Source of the DNA: Amoebidium appalachense
Lineage: Eukaryota; Protista; Ichthyosporea
Reading direction: 5' to 3'
DNA: 64,000 nucleotides
NCBI GenBank assembly: GCA_963693365.1
Contig: CAVNZM010000024.1
Span: 1 to 64,000 of the forward strand
Shown here: one piece after another, positions 42,276-51,388 of the stretch
Numbering within the stretch: position 1 is the stretch's first letter
Layout: every line of letters starts with the position of its first letter
Notes under the pieces: model-generated
The model's input: only the letters and a program-made list of their open reading frames with translations
Database searches by the model: none
What the model was told of the DNA's origin: nothing
Position numbers and translations under genes: made by a program

Positions 42276-44660
42276 ATGGGCGACCGTGTGAGTGCCCTTA
42301 CAGCTCGCATTGCGTGGCTGCCCACCAGCCAGCAGGGATCGCGGTGCCTCGTCTGGGAGACCCCGGACGTGTGGGCCGCCACGGGCTGGCAGGCCCCGGC
42401 CACAGGCCACCTGGGAGGATGTGCGTACTTGGACAAGACAGGGGGGGAGATCCGGCTGACCCCGGGCACGGCCAGCCAGCTGGGCTACGTGTTCTGGCCC
42501 CTGCATGCGGGCCGCCGGTTTACGCTCAGCTTCGAGGTGCGGGTCAAGCGCTTCACGGCGCTGCCGGGAACCAAGATATGGGCGGCCGTGTGGAGTCCCG
42601 TTCTGGGGCACGCATCGAGCAGTGGAAGCACCAACGTGGACCTTCGGCTGACTATGGACGGCCAGGCCGGTACGCTGAGCACCGAGACGCTCACGCAGTC
42701 CGTGGATCTCGACTCCACGTACACGACGACGGGGGCCTGGACGCCAGTTGTGATTGACGTGGTCCGGGACCAGCGGGTGACGTACGTGCACGGGGCAGCC
42801 ACAAAGACCGTCACAAGCACGGCTGTGACGACGTCCGTGTCGCCCAGCAGCAGCTACGTGTGCATCGGCGCACAGACGGGCAGCAGCTACAGCGAGGTGG
42901 GCGTGCGCAACGTGGCGCTGCACTGCATGGATCCCGAAGCCATCGGGCGGGACGTGCGGCGGCTGGCGTGCAACGAGGTGGAGTTTGAGACCTACACGCT
43001 GGTGCGCCGGGCGGTGCCACCGCGCAATGCCGTGATGTTCCAGTGCGACGCGTATGGACCGGTGTGGGGGGGCTTCTGTGTGACTAAGGAGCACGGGCTG
43101 ATGCCATGCAAGATAGTGAGCAAGAACAACACCGAGCCGGTGGCTGTCTACGGGGTCGGAACCTTAGACATGTCCACATCCGATTTCGTTGATAAACCCG
43201 AAGGCGAGTCCCGTCAGATAACGGCGTCCGTATTCTTCTACCTAGTCCCAAAGCCGGGCTTCGTGGCGTGCCGGCGGCCCCAGATCAGAAGTGTGGCTGC
43301 CGGGGCCGTGGCCGTAACGTGTGCAAGCATGTCAGGGAGCCGCACGCCGCTGTACCTGATCTACTGCGAGTACAGCAACGCGTTCGGACGGTACGACCCC
43401 AGCAAGTTTGCCGAGGTGCAGTCGTCGCAGGACAGGTGGACACGCATGCTTGACTGCGGGAGTTGGGACTACGTGTGCATTGTGCCGCAGACCACCCGAG
43501 CCCCCTGGGTACAGCTGGCAAGGAGAACTTTTTCGGCGGGTGCCTCGGTATCCAACCCAGCTGGAACAAACCATTGGGCGGCAATAGTCGCGTACGCAGA
43601 CACAAAGGGTTACACAAAGGTTTGCTACGAAACCACCAGCAGTGCGCCCAATCTTAACTGTGTGTCTGGTGACATCAACACAAACGATGTCATGGTCCCC
43701 AATGGGGTGCGGTCGGCAGAATCTGTGGTGGTGAGGGCGGATCTTTTGACCAAGACCATGCCGGGCGCAGCGACAAACACCTCGAGCTACGTGTCTACCA
43801 CACTTGTCAACTCGTGTGTGCCATGGCGCTGGAACAACTGGTCGGGGTGGTACGTCTACATGCCGTATGCACGCTCGCGCTGGTACGTGTTTGACCAGCT
43901 GGCCGACCACAGCACCAGCAACACATTCAACGACTGGACAGATGCCAGCAATTTCGGATACGCAAGCCCGCAGCAATGCATGGCACGTGCAGAGGCCACC
44001 TCGGGGTGTCGGCAATTTGGCTTTGCGCCCGTCGTCAATGTAGGCGGTGTCTATGGCTACTGCTATATGCGCAAGGCGGTGGCAGCGTGGCCGTTGCAGG
44101 CCTGGACAAATCCACCCGGTATTTCCGCCTGGACTTACAGTACGCAGCAAACATATATCATGGAGCCTGATGTTCCAGTCGCCTACCGGAACCAAGGAGT
44201 CCTGTGCGAATGGAACGGCTATTACATTCGGAGATGGGCTGTTGAACTTGGCACGTACCCCATGTCGCCCTGGGGCTCGGCATCGGGGTTTGTGACCACT
44301 GTCGCAAAGTGGATCTGGTCCGTGCCTAACGCGCATCTGGGTTGTATGCCCAGCTGGACGTACGGCTACAAAACCTACGACAACGGGAGCTCCCCCCTTG
44401 ATGTTGTGATTCATGCGCTGTGCGACAAGACGATGCAAGTGAGTGTGAACGGCATTAAGCTCGGAGTGGTAGTCGGTGGCTGGACGACCACCTCCTACCC
44501 CAAGATCAATGCTACCCTACAGCCCTTTGGAAACGTCGTTAGTTTCGTGGCCAATAACGGCACAGCAGCAAGCACCGCGGGAGTGCTGATTGCTGTGGTG
44601 CGCAGGGACAATGGCGCCGTGTTGTTTGTGAGCGATGGGTCATGGACGAGTTCCATTTAA
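42276..44660 (+). CDS. Lectin-domain fibre/adhesin paralog 3 with added PAN/apple-like and C-terminal beta-sandwich domains (794 aa)
   Basis: Same N-terminal architecture; QQCMARAEATSGCRQFGF...CYMRK; AKWIW...CDK...VNG...GW...AGVLIAV...LFVSDGSW. Confidence 0.8.
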   Translation: MGDRVSALTARIAWLPTSQQGSRCLVWETPDVWAATGWQAPATGHLGGCAYLDKTGGEIRLTPGTASQLGYVFWPLHAGRRFTLSFEVRVKRFTALPGTKIWAAVWSPVLGHASSSGSTNVDLRLTMDGQAGTLSTETLTQSVDLDSTYTTTGAWTPVVIDVVRDQRVTYVHGAATKTVTSTAVTTSVSPSSSYVCIGAQTGSSYSEVGVRNVALHCMDPEAIGRDVRRLACNEVEFETYTLVRRAVPPRNAVMFQCDAYGPVWGGFCVTKEHGLMPCKIVSKNNTEPVAVYGVGTLDMSTSDFVDKPEGESRQITASVFFYLVPKPGFVACRRPQIRSVAAGAVAVTCASMSGSRTPLYLIYCEYSNAFGRYDPSKFAEVQSSQDRWTRMLDCGSWDYVCIVPQTTRAPWVQLARRTFSAGASVSNPAGTNHWAAIVAYADTKGYTKVCYETTSSAPNLNCVSGDINTNDVMVPNGVRSAESVVVRADLLTKTMPGAATNTSSYVSTTLVNSCVPWRWNNWSGWYVYMPYARSRWYVFDQLADHSTSNTFNDWTDASNFGYASPQQCMARAEATSGCRQFGFAPVVNVGGVYGYCYMRKAVAAWPLQAWTNPPGISAWTYSTQQTYIMEPDVPVAYRNQGVLCEWNGYYIRRWAVELGTYPMSPWGSASGFVTTVAKWIWSVPNAHLGCMPSWTYGYKTYDNGSSPLDVVIHALCDKTMQVSVNGIKLGVVVGGWTTTSYPKINATLQPFGNVVSFVANNGTAASTAGVLIAVVRRDNGAVLFVSDGSWTSSI

Positions 44661-44667
44661 GGACAAA

Positions 44668-45057
44668 ATGTCGCCCCCATGTATGCGGCGGCAGTCGGTT
44701 CTCTCCGAGGGCCTCGGGCTCGGCCGGCTGATGCGCAACGACGTGTACGCGCGCGTGCGGTCGCTGAAGGAGGACGTGGCGCGCCTGGAGCACGAGAACG
44801 ACCGCAAGGCATCGTTGGTTGAGCTGTACGTGCGCGAGATCGACGCCATGCGCAAGGACCTGCATGCCGTGTACGACAAGGTGGGCGAGCTTATTGACAA
44901 CCTCGCCGACATGCAGCACGACCACAACGACTTTGTGCGGGAGATCGTGCGGCTGCGTTGGACGGTCATGCACATGGGCGAGGACCTGCGCCGCATGCAG
45001 CAGCATCCACCCGTGGAGCCCTCCTCGCCACGGTGGCAGTGGAACGCGCCCCGCTAG
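44668..45057 (+). CDS. Coiled-coil protein (129 aa)
   Basis: Heptad pattern; strong GC3 bias. Confidence 0.7.
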   Translation: MSPPCMRRQSVLSEGLGLGRLMRNDVYARVRSLKEDVARLEHENDRKASLVELYVREIDAMRKDLHAVYDKVGELIDNLADMQHDHNDFVREIVRLRWTVMHMGEDLRRMQQHPPVEPSSPRWQWNAPR

Positions 45058-45079
45058 CGGTATTTTCCGCGCGTCAGGT

Positions 45080-46051
45080 ATGTCGTATGAACCCTCGACG
45101 CTGAAGGGATACCTAGCCGCCAACCATGATCTGCGGGCAAATGTTGTGAATCGCGGCAAACCGGCGCAGGCCAAGAATCAAGTCGAAGCACTCGGTGGGG
45201 GAAACCCGCCGATCCTTGCCCCCGAAGACCGCCAGAAGCTCCTGGGATGGCTGGCACGCGCCAGCACCGACCTCAAAGAGATACTGCTCGTGGACCGCGA
45301 GGAGGTGACCACGACCCATGCTCACATGGCTGCAAACCAGAAGGTGCTGCTGTACGGACCGGCCGGTGGCGGCAAGCTGCACTGTGTCTTCTCGGTGTGT
45401 CGGCGGGTCGGCGTGTTTCCGTGGGTGGTCATGGTAGGCGAGCTGCTGAACACGGAGAACCTGCCCTTGCTAAACTGGATTGCACAGCACGATCGACGAG
45501 GAGCCCTTGTTGTGCGAGATGCCCACAACCTGACGGAGCAGAGCATCTCGGTGCTTGTGCTCGGCCTAGCGTACGCGATTCCCATCATCGGGCTCGCGAG
45601 CACGGCATCGGAGGCGTCGTGTGCGACACGCAAGTACTTTGATGCGACTGTACACTGGCCGGCTCTGCGCGAGTCGGAGGCTAAGCTGTGTATGCAGCTG
45701 TTCGAGACCGAATTACTTGAAAGGGATCAGGATGTGTTCAAGGGCCTCCTTGTTGCCGCTGAAGACCTGACGGTTGGTGCACTGGTGGGAGCCCTACAGG
45801 TGGCAAGACGTACCCTCGCCGAACAAATGTCTGTTTGTGCAGTCGGGAGGGGCGATGACGGTGCGGTGTTTTTTGACACGCGTGCTGATGTACAAAGAGT
45901 TGTTCTAGCGGATGCCGGCGACAAGTTAAACTGGAACGCGCTTAGCTCAAGCGTACCCCATACCATCTATGCAGTCATGCTCCTGTTGGCATGGGTCCAG
46001 GGCATGCTCTTGTCACCTGTCGACGCAACCGATTTTGCTTGCTACAGGTAG
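45080..46051 (+). CDS. Divergent AAA+ ATPase, RFC clamp-loader small-subunit-like
   Basis: VLLYGPAGGGK (Walker A lacking T/S), degenerate Walker B ALVVRDAHNLT, PIIGLAS, WPAL..SE. Confidence 0.6.
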   Translation: MSYEPSTLKGYLAANHDLRANVVNRGKPAQAKNQVEALGGGNPPILAPEDRQKLLGWLARASTDLKEILLVDREEVTTTHAHMAANQKVLLYGPAGGGKLHCVFSVCRRVGVFPWVVMVGELLNTENLPLLNWIAQHDRRGALVVRDAHNLTEQSISVLVLGLAYAIPIIGLASTASEASCATRKYFDATVHWPALRESEAKLCMQLFETELLERDQDVFKGLLVAAEDLTVGALVGALQVARRTLAEQMSVCAVGRGDDGAVFFDTRADVQRVVLADAGDKLNWNALSSSVPHTIYAVMLLLAWVQGMLLSPVDATDFACYR

Positions 46052-46052
46052 A

Positions 46053-47090
46053 ATGGATCTGGACGAGTACACCCGAAGTCTGCTTACCATAGACCTCAAT
46101 CCGGGGCCTATTAGTAAAGAAGAGGCAAGAGACTATTCCGAATCGAATGTTTCATCGCTTCGCTGCCTCCTGTTTGCCATCCAGCTTTGGCTGGTCCGCG
46201 ATCCTCAAACCCCCTTGGACCTGGTCGTGGATGACTCAGGGCAGACCCCGGCGCTGGTGGTTCCTGGTCTGGATTGGCGCGTTTTGAAGCTCCCGCTCTT
46301 TGCCCCGGCTTTCGCGATCCCGTATCCGGTTGCCAAACCAACGTCGTTTGTGCAGCACGCGAACGACAGAACCTACGACAAAGACGAGCTTGCCGATCTG
46401 GTGACGGCCATGGTCCCGGGCATCCGGAGCATGATGCTCACCCGGCCCCGCACGCACGCACGGCACCCCGTGCTGCCGGCCACCATGGCCGAGGCTGTGA
46501 CGCGCGTGGACCCCGCCTTCGACAAGGTGGCCGCCCAGTTCGCCGACCTGGTGCGGGCGAGCACCCCGAAGGACTCGATGGAGGTGCTCAAGCGCGACCG
46601 CGAGATCAAGCTGCTGCAGCAGTGCCTGCTGGAGCTCGAGCTCGAGTACTTCCGGCTGCAGGCCGAGAACGAGCACCTGAAGGAGCAGGAGGCCGCCATG
46701 GAGAAGAACTTCCTGCTGCCATGGTTCAAAGCGCAGGAGGACGTCTCGCAGCGCATGGCAATGTTCGAGGCGGCCGAGCGCGACGAGTACTCGCGCATGC
46801 GCAACTTCCAGCAGCAGGTGTCGGTGCAGGCGTTCAACAGCAGCCTGCAGGCGCAGAACAACGCGCTGCTTGCGGCGTCGGGTGCCGCCATCAACGCTCG
46901 CCCGACGGCGGACTTTGCTGCGATGCTCTCCCGCAAGCGCGAGCTGGATCTGGACGACTTCGAGGAGAGCATGAAGCGCATACGCATGGCAGAGGACCAG
47001 CAGAAGGCAGCCACCATCAACCCCGACACCTACCGTGACAACATGACCATGCGTGAGGGCGTGACGTTCCCGTATTCGGCTGCAAAGTGA
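46053..47090 (+). CDS. Hypothetical coiled-coil protein (345 aa)
   Basis: Long ORF with strong codon bias in the 3' two-thirds. Confidence 0.75.
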   Translation: MDLDEYTRSLLTIDLNPGPISKEEARDYSESNVSSLRCLLFAIQLWLVRDPQTPLDLVVDDSGQTPALVVPGLDWRVLKLPLFAPAFAIPYPVAKPTSFVQHANDRTYDKDELADLVTAMVPGIRSMMLTRPRTHARHPVLPATMAEAVTRVDPAFDKVAAQFADLVRASTPKDSMEVLKRDREIKLLQQCLLELELEYFRLQAENEHLKEQEAAMEKNFLLPWFKAQEDVSQRMAMFEAAERDEYSRMRNFQQQVSVQAFNSSLQAQNNALLAASGAAINARPTADFAAMLSRKRELDLDDFEESMKRIRMAEDQQKAATINPDTYRDNMTMREGVTFPYSAAK

Positions 47091-47162
47091 ACAAAACCTA
47101 AAAACAGAGTTTGCGTTTCGGCTGCAAGGTGAGCGCCGGCGCCGAAAATGCATGCAAGAACC

Positions 47163-47513
47163 ATGACCCGCCGGCGACACTCCTCCACGGCTAAAACCTG
47201 CAAGAAACGCAAGGGAAAGAGACGTTGCTCAAGCAGGCACACCCACAAACACCCGGCCAAGCGGCGTAGCTCGCGCAGCGACAGAGAGCGCAGGCGCCAT
47301 CGGTACAGGACGCAGTGGCGCACCAAGTACCTCGTGCTGCCTTCCCGCTTTTATGGTGACAGGCAGCGCACATCTCCAAGCGCTCCCACCACAAAGTATG
47401 ACCCACCGATGCGCACGACCTCGAAGGCTTCAGGGTGTGGCTACAATGTCGGCCCCGGGGAAACTGGTCGGCCATGCAAAAACATCCATGACGTAGCCGA
47501 ACCGGAGTTTTGA
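47163..47513 (+). CDS. Small Arg/Lys/Ser-rich basic protein
   Basis: ACCATG start; RRRHSS...KKRKGKRR...RERRRHRYR. Confidence 0.55.
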   Translation: MTRRRHSSTAKTCKKRKGKRRCSSRHTHKHPAKRRSSRSDRERRRHRYRTQWRTKYLVLPSRFYGDRQRTSPSAPTTKYDPPMRTTSKASGCGYNVGPGETGRPCKNIHDVAEPEF

Positions 47514-47671
47514 TCTGGATCTAATTATATCTGATTTTCAATCGGTTGCGCGCGATCCGATTGGTCGGCATGGGTCGCCCGATCTGATTGGCTGGCATAA
47601 AACGTGGCTTCCTCACTTCGCTCCGGATCGCGCCGGCACGGCCAGCCCCATCTGAACTGCCTGCCGCGAAC

Positions 47672-48382
47672 ATGCATGTCTTTTGTCTGTTCTTGCTTGT
47701 GCTTGGGTGTAAGATACGTGCTCAGACGTTGTCCCGCTACGGTTCTGGGGATGGAAACGTGCTGTTTGCATACGAAGGGGTGGCCAACATAGACCGCTAT
47801 CCCGATGTTGCACATCTCGCACACAGCCACATTGTGAGGGTGACGCATGCAGTTACGGGCGTCGGTTGGACATCGGGGACATACATACCGGACGGGACAG
47901 GCAACGGAGTGTTTGTGCTGACGTGTGCGCACGGGCCCCCCACCAGGCACCCGGACCAGCTGGCGGTGGTGTTCCCGGACGGCACCGTATCCAACGCCAC
48001 TGTGCGATACAGGAGCGCTGAGCATGACTTTGCCATCCTCCATTCGGTATACGCACATGGGATGCACGACGACCGCTTTTGTCGCTACTACGCACCCCCC
48101 GCTGCCCCTGGCATGTCCGTGCTGGCCATCGGGCTCCCTGCGGGATACAGGGGTGTGCAGTTCAGTGTGGGGACGCTCTTGGACATACAGGGTTCCACGC
48201 AGGAACTTGTGTTCAGCGGGGCCGTAGACCGTGGGAATTCGGGGGGGCCCCTTGTGGACATGCGTGGGTGTTTGATAGGCATTGTCACGAGGCGCAGGTA
48301 CCGCATGAATGGCAGGGAGGTGTTTATTGGGATAGCGGTGTCTATTGCGGCCGCCCTGGAGGCGGATGCGCGCGGGTATTAA
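47672..48382 (+). CDS. Trypsin-like serine protease with signal peptide
   Basis: Catalytic triad motifs LTCAH, HDFAIL, GNSGGPL; hydrophobic N-terminus. Confidence 0.88.
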   Translation: MHVFCLFLLVLGCKIRAQTLSRYGSGDGNVLFAYEGVANIDRYPDVAHLAHSHIVRVTHAVTGVGWTSGTYIPDGTGNGVFVLTCAHGPPTRHPDQLAVVFPDGTVSNATVRYRSAEHDFAILHSVYAHGMHDDRFCRYYAPPAAPGMSVLAIGLPAGYRGVQFSVGTLLDIQGSTQELVFSGAVDRGNSGGPLVDMRGCLIGIVTRRRYRMNGREVFIGIAVSIAAALEADARGY

Positions 48383-48410
48383 AGCAGTCGCACGGGCAGT
48401 GCCCGTCACA

Positions 48411-49088
48411 ATGGACCTGATTTCGCGCCTGAAACAGCACGAGCTGCCGTACCCACAGGGCTCCCAGGCATGGCTGCGGGAGCGCTCCTGCATGCTGACT
48501 GCCTCCGACGTGGGTGCGGCTCTGGGGGTCAACCCATACGAGACCCGCCAGGACCTTATACGGCACAAGGCGGGCCTGGAGAGGCGCTGCGTGGACCCTG
48601 TCTTTGTTGCGTTCGGCCACAAGTACGAGGATGAGGCGGCTGATGCGTACGCCCGGAGCACAGGCCGGTCGTGTTTCTCCCTCGGGCTGGTGCGGCACCC
48701 CGTGCATCGGTGGCTGGGCGCGAGTCCGGACCGGGTGACGTTCTGTGGGCGCGTGGTGGAGATCAAGGTGCCCTACAGGCGCAGGTTCATGGAGGGGCAG
48801 GAGATCCCGGGACACTACCTGGCGCAGGTGCAGACGCAGCTGTTTGTCCTGGATCTGGACGTCGCGGACTTCGTGCAGTACGATCCACGCGACGGCTCGC
48901 TTAGGGTGGACGAGGTTTTGCGGGACCCCAACTGGTGGAGGGACAACGGACGCAGCCTGATGGCATTCCAGGGGAAGGTGCTGGACGTGCGTGCCGACCA
49001 CGAGCTGCAGGCGTGGGAGGAGGAGGAGCCAGCCGAGCCAGGCAAGTGCATGGTGCCATCCACGACGACACTCACGGGCTCTTCTTGA
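48411..49088 (+). CDS. YqaJ-like viral recombinase / lambda-exonuclease-family nuclease
   Basis: QGSQAW...R...LTASD, GHKYE, LGASPD, VEIKVP, YLAQVQTQL. Confidence 0.92.
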   Translation: MDLISRLKQHELPYPQGSQAWLRERSCMLTASDVGAALGVNPYETRQDLIRHKAGLERRCVDPVFVAFGHKYEDEAADAYARSTGRSCFSLGLVRHPVHRWLGASPDRVTFCGRVVEIKVPYRRRFMEGQEIPGHYLAQVQTQLFVLDLDVADFVQYDPRDGSLRVDEVLRDPNWWRDNGRSLMAFQGKVLDVRADHELQAWEEEEPAEPGKCMVPSTTTLTGSS

Positions 49089-49299
49089 GCTTCCTGTTCA
49101 CAAAGAACTTTAGGACCGGCAGCGGTACGAAGACAAGAACGTAGGGGTGGACGGCAAGGTAGACAAGCAGCAGACACCTGCTCAGCCAGTGCGCGTGACT
49201 CCTGTGGTCGGTGTGTACGTGTTGTGGTTCGCGCTGTTGTAGTGCTGGCGAAAACGGGTCGGAGGAGTGCATGGCGGTGTTTGGTGTAGGGCATATACA

Positions 49300-49533
49300 A
49301 TGTCACGGAGGGCCGGCGCCACACAGTGCTGCAGAAACAGCCGCACGGCCGCGCGACGCAGGGCAAAGAGAGCCCGGGCAAAGCGGAAACGAAAAGCAAA
49401 GCGGCTACGAGGGCTGTGGGAGCCGGAGTACCACGTTCAAGACTACACGTGGGGTTTGCCATTCAGGACGGCTATGGCTGGGGGGGAGACAGTGACTACG
49501 ACATATCCTTTGAGATTGGTCAGAATGGTGTGA
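49300..49533 (+). CDS. Small basic protein (77 aa)
   Basis: ACAATG start; RRRAKRARAKRKRKAKR; AATAAA follows. Confidence 0.45.
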   Translation: MSRRAGATQCCRNSRTAARRRAKRARAKRKRKAKRLRGLWEPEYHVQDYTWGLPFRTAMAGGETVTTTYPLRLVRMV

Positions 49534-49586
49534 TCCCGTGTTTATTTGAATAAAACTGCCCTGCCAGAGGGAAGAGAAATCCACCC

Positions 49587-49988
49587 CTACTCGTCATCTA
49601 CAACGGACTCGGTTTCGATGTAGTTGTCCTTGTCGATGTGCTTTAGAGACTGCTTCGTGGCCACCTCCTCCTCGGGGACGGCGGAGAGAAATGCCAGGAG
49701 GTCGTTGGCCTGCTTGGTGTCCTTGAAGTACACCTCGAACTGCTTTCGCAGATAGTTCTCGCTCAGCGAGGGCTTCTTGACGGCCTCGTGGAGAATCAAC
49801 AGGTCCTTGGTGGGCAGTTCCAGTGACCGCACGTTCTCGGTGGACATATACTTGAGAATGGCCTTCTTTATCGTGTTCAGTTTTCGGCTGATGGGTTTGG
49901 TTTGTGCGCTCTGCTCCTTGAGCTGGGCGTGGAGCGTCGTGTAATCCCGGAGCACACCTTTCAGGCCGTCAATAGAGGATATTTCCAT
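49587..49988 (-). CDS. DUF5760-like NCLDV protein
   Basis: Pattern L...LK......K....K..I..YM...V..L.L....L......K..L....L....YF. Confidence 0.7.
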   Translation of the reverse strand: MEISSIDGLKGVLRDYTTLHAQLKEQSAQTKPISRKLNTIKKAILKYMSTENVRSLELPTKDLLILHEAVKKPSLSENYLRKQFEVYFKDTKQANDLLAFLSAVPEEEVATKQSLKHIDKDNYIETESVVDDE

Positions 49989-50050
49989 GCCAGGACGTCC
50001 CATTACCAGTGGAACAGAAAATAAATGGCAGCCCAAGATGCTACACATGT

Positions 50051-51352
50051 TCAATACATGTGCCGGTAGGGCGTGTTGTGGAGATACAACAGGTCCGCGC
50101 GCGTCACCTCATCCGGCAGGGCACTCTCGGGCACGCACGCACGCGTGTTCAGGAGCAGCAGCAGCGCAAAGACGTGCTTGAAAAACGCCAGGGCCAGCTC
50201 CTCTGCGGGAAGGCTCGCGTGGTTGATTCGCGCCAAAACACTGTACCAGTCCGGTGTCTCGTCGTGCATCAAGAAGCGCCTGTTCGGGGCGTTCATGTGA
50301 GACAGGACGCGGTACAGGGCGGCACGGCTCAGTTGCTCGGCCCCTATGTACCAGGCGAACTCCGCGAGTTCAAAGAGGGCCGAGAGCGTGTGCTTGTCGT
50401 CGGCCGGGAGCTCGATGTTGCCCATGTGGAAGTACTGCAGGACACAGTGAAACACCCGTGTGGTTACTGCCAGACGAGGGCCTTCGGTGTGCTCCATGTA
50501 CCCGGTGCCCAGGAGCACCCTGAAGAAGCCGTTCGAATGGGACAAGAGTTCGGCGCAGGCATTCACGCTGCCGTCCAACAGGGTTATGTGCCTCCCACCC
50601 GGAAAGTCGGCTAGGACACGCCTGTAAGGCGCTTGCTGGGTGGAATAGCCGAACAGTGCGTGCCGGGTTATGCGGTACAAGCTGATTCCCGAAGCCATGT
50701 AGATTACAGGGCCAGACACGGCAATGTGCACGGCCGCGTGGGATTCGCCTGTAACTTCGGTGAACGGCCCCGCTACATATCCGACCCCGTGCACCGACAC
50801 CTCGAAGACGCACTGTGTCGTGGTGTCGAATATCCAGCTCCTGGTTTCTTCTCTGTCGTGCTTGTGGTAGCCGCGTGTGGACATGTGATTGCAGCACCAT
50901 ACACCGCCTATCAGGGGCGACAGATCGCGGACGGGCATCGGGGGGCGGGGCGAACATGCTGGCACCCCATTCTCGAGGTATAGCTGTTGGTGGTCGTCAG
51001 CCACAAACCCCACTTGGTGTGCTTGTATGATGCCAGGGGTGTAGCTGTCAAGGACAATGTACTCCGTTGGAGATCCAGCTCGGCCGACAAGAACAGGGTC
51101 AACGAGTGTCCGGTCCGATGGGACAACGGCCGTGATGACCTTGATGCGTTTCCCTGGATTCAGCTCGGCACTCCGGTTAGTTATCCGACCGGCGTTGTTG
51201 ACTTGAAAAACAAGATGTTCCATCGCCATGTACAATATACCATCCACTACGCCCAGACCGGTGATGTTGCGATCCAGGTTGGCGTAGGTGATGCGCTCGC
51301 ATTTCATCACGTGGGGCACGGAGGCAGATTCGACTGTCGTCCACTGGTTCAT
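50051..51352 (-). CDS. Beta-propeller-like N-terminus plus C-terminal BTB/POZ-like domain (433 aa)
   Basis: VNACAELLSHSNGFFRVLLGTGYME...VFHCVLQYFHMGNIEL...LFELAEFAWYIGAEQL matches the BTB consensus. Confidence 0.65.
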   Translation of the reverse strand: MNQWTTVESASVPHVMKCERITYANLDRNITGLGVVDGILYMAMEHLVFQVNNAGRITNRSAELNPGKRIKVITAVVPSDRTLVDPVLVGRAGSPTEYIVLDSYTPGIIQAHQVGFVADDHQQLYLENGVPACSPRPPMPVRDLSPLIGGVWCCNHMSTRGYHKHDREETRSWIFDTTTQCVFEVSVHGVGYVAGPFTEVTGESHAAVHIAVSGPVIYMASGISLYRITRHALFGYSTQQAPYRRVLADFPGGRHITLLDGSVNACAELLSHSNGFFRVLLGTGYMEHTEGPRLAVTTRVFHCVLQYFHMGNIELPADDKHTLSALFELAEFAWYIGAEQLSRAALYRVLSHMNAPNRRFLMHDETPDWYSVLARINHASLPAEELALAFFKHVFALLLLLNTRACVPESALPDEVTRADLLYLHNTPYRHMY

Positions 51353-51388
51353 CTTGAATATGACACATGAGACATGGCAGGTCGTCGC

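Noticed and set aside
47075-47132. Short direct repeat TTCGGCTGCAA.GTGA as a target-site duplication or att site
   Set aside because: Only two copies ~42 bp apart at a gene end with nothing mobile between them; probably a local duplication.
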